39,569 nt of DNA. Source: an uncultured Lachnospiraceae bacterium (lineage in GTDB: Bacteria > Bacillota > Clostridia > Lachnospirales > Lachnospiraceae). The position numbers were made by a program, and so were the translations under genes. The stretch is from NCBI GenBank assembly GCA_902803645.1, contig CADCQT010000027.1, positions 1 through 39,569 of the forward strand, read 5' to 3'. The notes beneath the pieces are model-generated. The model searched no databases, was not told the DNA's origin, and saw nothing but the letters and a program-made list of their open reading frames with translations. Below, one piece after another: positions 35,078-39,569 of this stretch. Positions within the stretch are counted from its first letter, which is position 1, and every line of letters starts with the position of its first letter.

Positions 35078-35236
35078 TGCACTTCCACTGCCAGCGGCAG
35101 CGCCCCTTATCTATTTGTTTTCTGATTTAATACCATCGTATATCTTGACATGTTTATCCTAAGGTGTCAAATTCTTTCTTTTTTAACATTTGTAACACTA
35201 ACGAAACAAATAGCGAAAACACAGCACTTTGTATAC

Positions 35237-35276
35237 CAAACAAAAGTTTGCAAGAAACGAATGTTCGTGTTATACT
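35237..35276 (+). promoter_or_regulatory. Sigma-A promoter with two LexA (Cheo)-like boxes
   Basis: TTGCAA(35248)-17 bp-TATACT(35271); AAAC-gaat-GTTC at 35255-35266 in the spacer and AAAC-aaaa-GTTT at 35238-35249 overlapping the -35. Confidence 0.75.
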
Positions 35277-35302
35277 GAGGCTACAAAAGAAAGGAGGCCT
35301 CT

Positions 35303-36631
35303 ATGGGGCAGCGACAGTATCTGTGTATCGATCTGAAATCATTTTATGCGTCCGTGGAATGTTCCATCCGGGGCCTTGACAGCCTTACCACCAATCTGGT
35401 GGTAGCCGATCCCTCCCGCTCGGAGAAGACCATATGCCTTGCCGTCTCCCCTTCCATGAAGGCCCTGGGGGTTCGCAACCGCTGCCGTGTCTTTGAGATC
35501 CCGAAGAACATTGATTATATCATGGCTCCTCCCCAGATGCAGACCTACATCCATTATTCCGCTGCCATTTACCGGATCTACCTGAATTACATTGCCAGGG
35601 AGGATATCCATGTCTACAGCATCGATGAGGCTTTTTTGGATGTGACCGACTATCTTCCCCTGTACCATATGTCTGCCCGGCAGCTGGGCATCACCATCAT
35701 GAATGAGATCAATGTAAAGCTTGGCATCCGCGCCACCTGCGGCATCGGTAGTAATCTCTACCTGGCCAAGATTGCTCTGGACATCCTCTCCAAGCACTCT
35801 CCCGATTTCATTGGCGAGCTGGAGGAAGAGACCTACCGCACCAGACTCTGGGATCACCTCCCCCTTACGGACTTCTGGCGCATAGGCCCAGGAACCGTCC
35901 GCCGCCTATCCAAGGTGGGGATTCGTACCATGAGAGATATTGCCGGGGCAGATCCCGACGTTTTATACCGTCTCTTCGGAATCGATGCAGAGCTTCTGAT
36001 CGATCACGCCTTCGGAAGGGAAGATGTCACCATAGCAGACATCCGGGAATACCACGCCAGTGCCAACTGCCTTTCCAGCGGACAGGTCCTGCCCTGCGCC
36101 TACTCCTTTGCAGAAGGAGAGCTCATCGTTAAGGAGATGATGGACCTTATGTGCCTTGATCTGGTGGACCGGGGACTTACCACTGCCTCCATCAGCCTCT
36201 ATGTAGGTTACGAGAGCCGGCCGCCCCACGCCCCCTCCAAGGGTACCCTCTCCTTAGAGGAGGACACCAACTCCAATACCATCCTTGACCTTGCAGCCTC
36301 CAGGCTCTATCGGCAGATCACCGACCCCAATGCCTATGTCCGCCGTATCACCCTCACTGCCAACCGCGTCCTTCCGGAGGAGTATCATCAATACAGTTTT
36401 TTTGGAGATCCTATGATAACCGAGCGGGATCATAAGATCCAAAAGGCTGTCCTAGACCTTAAGAGGCGTTTCGGGAAGAATGCCGTTCTTAAGGGGATGA
36501 ACCTTCAGGAGAAAGCCACCACCAGGGAACGTAATCTACAGATCGGAGGACACAAGGCAGGCCCCGGAAATCAGGCCCCAAAGCTCCTAGATCCCTTAGA
36601 GGAGGAAGATTATGAAAAGATCCCACAATAA
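35303..36631 (+). CDS. Y-family (UmuC/ImpB-like) translesion DNA polymerase
   Basis: CIDLKSFYASVEC, YSIDEAFLD, WRIG helix-hairpin-helix, clamp-binding-like QYSFF, C-terminal QIGGHKA; RBS AAGGAGG. Confidence 0.93.
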   Translation: MGQRQYLCIDLKSFYASVECSIRGLDSLTTNLVVADPSRSEKTICLAVSPSMKALGVRNRCRVFEIPKNIDYIMAPPQMQTYIHYSAAIYRIYLNYIAREDIHVYSIDEAFLDVTDYLPLYHMSARQLGITIMNEINVKLGIRATCGIGSNLYLAKIALDILSKHSPDFIGELEEETYRTRLWDHLPLTDFWRIGPGTVRRLSKVGIRTMRDIAGADPDVLYRLFGIDAELLIDHAFGREDVTIADIREYHASANCLSSGQVLPCAYSFAEGELIVKEMMDLMCLDLVDRGLTTASISLYVGYESRPPHAPSKGTLSLEEDTNSNTILDLAASRLYRQITDPNAYVRRITLTANRVLPEEYHQYSFFGDPMITERDHKIQKAVLDLKRRFGKNAVLKGMNLQEKATTRERNLQIGGHKAGPGNQAPKLLDPLEEEDYEKIPQ

Positions 36632-37037
36632 GATGCCCAGGTCCCAACGGGCCAAGCAGTTTCTTCCCTTTGCCGCTGTACGGGGGCTGGATGAGGCCCT
36701 TCGGCAAGTGGAAGCTTCCCTTATGGCTTCCCCCCGACCTGTCCTTAGCGAAGAATCCCGGGAGGAGATGGACCAGACCCTCTCTCTTCTCTACGAAGAA
36801 TACCGGCAGGTTCAGATTCGTCTGGCCAGACTGCGCCATCAGGAAGAATGTCTCTTTGGGGATACCATGCCCTCCCTTCCCATGGTAACCGTTACCTACT
36901 ACGATAAGGGCGTCCTGCGTCAGCAGTACGGCGTATTATCCAGACTTGATCCCACCTCCAGGACCCTGCAGGTGGTGAAGACCAAAATTGCCTTTTCGGA
37001 TCTGATCTCGATCCAAAAAGGCAATGACATAAAATAA
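36612..37037 (+). CDS. YolD-like protein (accessory of Gram-positive UmuC-like polymerases)
   Basis: RAKQFLPFAAVRG motif and VTVTYY..G..I.FSDL; overlaps the polymerase stop. Confidence 0.85.
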   Translation: MKRSHNKMPRSQRAKQFLPFAAVRGLDEALRQVEASLMASPRPVLSEESREEMDQTLSLLYEEYRQVQIRLARLRHQEECLFGDTMPSLPMVTVTYYDKGVLRQQYGVLSRLDPTSRTLQVVKTKIAFSDLISIQKGNDIK

Positions 37038-37048
37038 GATCGACCACC

Positions 37049-38059
37049 CTAAGGATTGCACCTGTGGCAGGGGGAATATCCCTTGCGGATCAGATACTTT
37101 CGCTTACCGGTATAGGTCTTTTTATTTCTGGAACTCATGGTCTCTACTGAGGAGCAGGAAGGCAGATGGAACTTCCTTGTATTGGTATTTAAGATATAGG
37201 TATGCTCCTTTCCGTCGTCCCTAGAGGTATCCGTATCTCTTCTCTCCTCCTGACGGCTGTTATTTCCGCTACCGGTATAGGCCGGTCCATCAGAATCTCC
37301 ATTCCTGTAATTGATGGTAATCCCCGGCTGAACATTGTAACAGAATACACAAAAGCTTACTCCCTCTCCCTTATCTTCCACGGAGTAGGCTTCCATCAAC
37401 ACACCTCTGGCCAGAAGGTCCTTCCCTGCGAAGATCGGTCTTACCCGGTAGAGTACATGATTCTTTGGATTCGACCAGAGATAATCCGCCACCTCATTCT
37501 CATAGGGAAGCATTCCCTCTACATTCATATAACGGGTACCGGTAATGAGATTTCTCTCGTTTGCATTTTCTCCCGTCAGCTGATATCCGATGAGATGGCA
37601 GCGGTTGTACAGGTACACCCCATCGATGCCGTCATACTTAACAGTATGCCAGCCGGTAGGCTTTACGCTTCCAATCTCGCCTCTTTTCTCTGTGGGCATA
37701 AGATCCCTGCCGATACAGGATATAGCAGTACTACATCGTCCAAGGGAATCTAATTTGCCATAGGACTCATAGGACTTTTTCTTCTTCTTTTGTTTTTTGG
37801 TGAAGTAGGGCCTGTTCTTATGAACCCTAACAGATGGATGCTTCTTATCCCACTTGGGTATATCCGAAACAGTAAAGCCTTTTTTGGATGCTGCCCGGGC
37901 ATTCACTTCTCCTATCAAAGAAGACCTCTCCGCCCCGACCTCTCGGGATACCTCGCTGTCATACTGCCGATTGGCACTGCTCTCAATGCCGGCGCAGCCT
38001 GCAGAGGAGAAGAGGAAGGAAGCTGTCAGAGCCAGCAGGATGACTTTTTTCTTAAACAT
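37049..38059 (-). CDS. Lipoprotein DNA/RNA non-specific endonuclease with C-terminal Ada-type Zn-binding-like domain
   Basis: Signal peptide ending SAGC; LDSLGRC, YNRCHLIG, NLITGTRYMN; C-terminal NTNTRKFH..C...PCHRCNP. Confidence 0.88.
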   Translation of the reverse strand: MFKKKVILLALTASFLFSSAGCAGIESSANRQYDSEVSREVGAERSSLIGEVNARAASKKGFTVSDIPKWDKKHPSVRVHKNRPYFTKKQKKKKKSYESYGKLDSLGRCSTAISCIGRDLMPTEKRGEIGSVKPTGWHTVKYDGIDGVYLYNRCHLIGYQLTGENANERNLITGTRYMNVEGMLPYENEVADYLWSNPKNHVLYRVRPIFAGKDLLARGVLMEAYSVEDKGEGVSFCVFCYNVQPGITINYRNGDSDGPAYTGSGNNSRQEERRDTDTSRDDGKEHTYILNTNTRKFHLPSCSSVETMSSRNKKTYTGKRKYLIRKGYSPCHRCNP

Positions 38060-38071
38060 ATAACACTCCTT

Positions 38072-38097
38072 AAAAGAAGGTCCCCAAAGGGACCTTC
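38072..38097 (-). terminator. Intrinsic terminator after the surface protein gene
   Basis: GAAGGTCCC-TTTG-GGGACCTTC-TTTT. Confidence 0.75.
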
Positions 38098-38102
38098 ACA
38101 CA

Positions 38103-39569
38103 TTATTTAACGGTAATACTCTTCTTTGCAGACCAGCTGCTATAAACCTTCTTACCGGAAGAGGTCTTATAATACGTCCGAATCCGGTAATAGTACTTCT
38201 TCTTAGAAGTAAGCTTCTTAATGGTAAGGCTCTTCGTGGATGCCTTGGAGATGGTAACGCTCTTCTTCCCACTTCTCATGGAACTGCTGCGGGCATACTG
38301 GAGCTGATATCCTGTGATCCCCTTGACCTTCTTCCAGGTGGCCTTGACATACCGCTTTCCACTCTTAAGAGAAGAGATGGCGGATGCCTTGGGCTTAATG
38401 GTGTAGTTCACCGTTATACTTCCGGTATAGTTACCCTTGAATGCAAAGGTAATGGACGCTGTTCCCGGCTTGGTATTATTGCTGTCTGTCCGGGTATAAT
38501 CCACCCCCTCCTCTAACACATAACTGTTTACGTTGCTATCGATGATCTGAACCTGAGGAAGGAAGGCATTACCGGTATAAGTCACATTAGGAACTGAACC
38601 AATGGACATGCCCCCTTCTGTCAGCTGATCCTCCACATTCTTAGGCTCGATGGTGTACTTCGCTGTCAGTGTGGCTGCCGTAGAGCCTGTTCCCTTAAAG
38701 GATCCAAGACCTGTAAGGGTCACCTCGTAAGTTCCCGCATCCACTGCTGTTGTGGGATAAGAGGTAATGGCATAATCCGTTCCCGCCTTAAGTGTCACAG
38801 GATCCGTCCCTGTTCCGCTTGGAACGGTCACCGTATATGCCTGAGGGATCTGCATCGTACCATTATAGACAAAGGAAGCAGGTGTACAGGTGACTGTAGC
38901 ATCCTTAAGACTTCCGGCAATGATCTCAAAGGTACCTGATAAGGTTCCGCTGTAGTTCCCCATTCCTGTGGCGATGACCTCGGCGGTCTTGCCCACCTGC
39001 TTATTGTTCTTATAGGTAAGCTTATAATCCTTATCCTTCTCTAAGGTAGCACTTCCCACCTTGACAGCAGGCTCCGGCTTGATCTCAGCCCCGGTATAGG
39101 AATACTGCTTATTGGTTGGAGTAAAGGTCATGGTACCCTTATTGATCGGGGTCCCCTTGATCTCAAAGGTACCGGTGGCTGTCCCTGTGTACTTGGCATT
39201 GGAACCGCTCTTTGCTGTAACGGTGACCGTTGCCTTACCCACATTGATATTATCGGTATATGCTATATCATAATAGGAATTTGCCACCGTGATTCCATTC
39301 AGCGTCACCACGATCTCCGGCTTCTTCTCCTTGCCGTCATAGGTGATCTCCGTCTTAGGATCCTTAAGTTCTACCTTAGCACTATTAAGGCTTCCTCCCT
39401 TGTCGATACCGATGACAAAGGTCTCTTCCCTTGTTCCTGTATAGTTACCTCTACCGGTAGCCACCACCTTGGCCTCCACAGCCTTGGTAATGGAGGCCGC
39501 CGGCTTATTGTTGGAATAAGACAGAATATAATCCTTATCCTCCACAAGGGTCTTACCGTCTAAGGTAAG
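38103..39569 (-). CDS. Partial (5'-truncated by the window) surface protein with tandem Ig/MBG-like repeats and a basic C-terminal FN3-like domain
   Basis: Repeated Y.G....P...L....DY...Y.NN...G.A.V...G.GNY.G units; C-terminal TWKKV..GYQLQY..LTSKKKYYYRIRTY. Confidence 0.85.
   Translation of the reverse strand, partial: LTLDGKTLVEDKDYILSYSNNKPAASITKAVEAKVVATGRGNYTGTREETFVIGIDKGGSLNSAKVELKDPKTEITYDGKEKKPEIVVTLNGITVANSYYDIAYTDNINVGKATVTVTAKSGSNAKYTGTATGTFEIKGTPINKGTMTFTPTNKQYSYTGAEIKPEPAVKVGSATLEKDKDYKLTYKNNKQVGKTAEVIATGMGNYSGTLSGTFEIIAGSLKDATVTCTPASFVYNGTMQIPQAYTVTVPSGTGTDPVTLKAGTDYAITSYPTTAVDAGTYEVTLTGLGSFKGTGSTAATLTAKYTIEPKNVEDQLTEGGMSIGSVPNVTYTGNAFLPQVQIIDSNVNSYVLEEGVDYTRTDSNNTKPGTASITFAFKGNYTGSITVNYTIKPKASAISSLKSGKRYVKATWKKVKGITGYQLQYARSSSMRSGKKSVTISKASTKSLTIKKLTSKKKYYYRIRTYYKTSSGKKVYSSWSAKKSITVK

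Overview
A largely core-genome segment from a Clostridia chromosome. Gene order and protein style suggest Lachnospiraceae (inference). Almost every gene is on the minus strand. In transcription order (right to left): a truncated repeat-rich surface protein, a lipoprotein nuclease, a plus-strand SOS-type Y-family polymerase/YolD pair with LexA-like boxes, oatA-like acetyltransferase-glmM, a preQ1-I riboswitch with queT, argS, a COG0523/CobW GTPase pair (one with a ~35-His tract), nfnAB-type oxidoreductase, secG-rnr-smpB, a small membrane ORF, tmRNA (tag AEDNLAYAA), an unexplained two-gene unit (LiaF-like membrane protein plus a 697-aa ankyrin/coiled-coil/J-domain protein), ylxM-ffh-rpsP-khpA-rimM-trmD-rplS with an L19 leader, lepB-rbgA-lepB-rnhB-FliK-like-FlhB_C-like-yraN-pgeF-DUF512-der-plsY-gpsA-dut, and a degenerate PRTase followed by scpA-scpB. 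I saw no CRISPR array, transposase, integrase, rRNA or tRNA. The best candidates for undescribed biology are the ssrA-adjacent LiaF-like/J-domain operon, the PRTase lacking its Asp-Asp motif upstream of scpAB, a structured and possibly bistable RNA between khpA and rimM, and a perfect palindrome in the leader of the CobW pair. All assignments come from motif recognition by eye; no searches were run.
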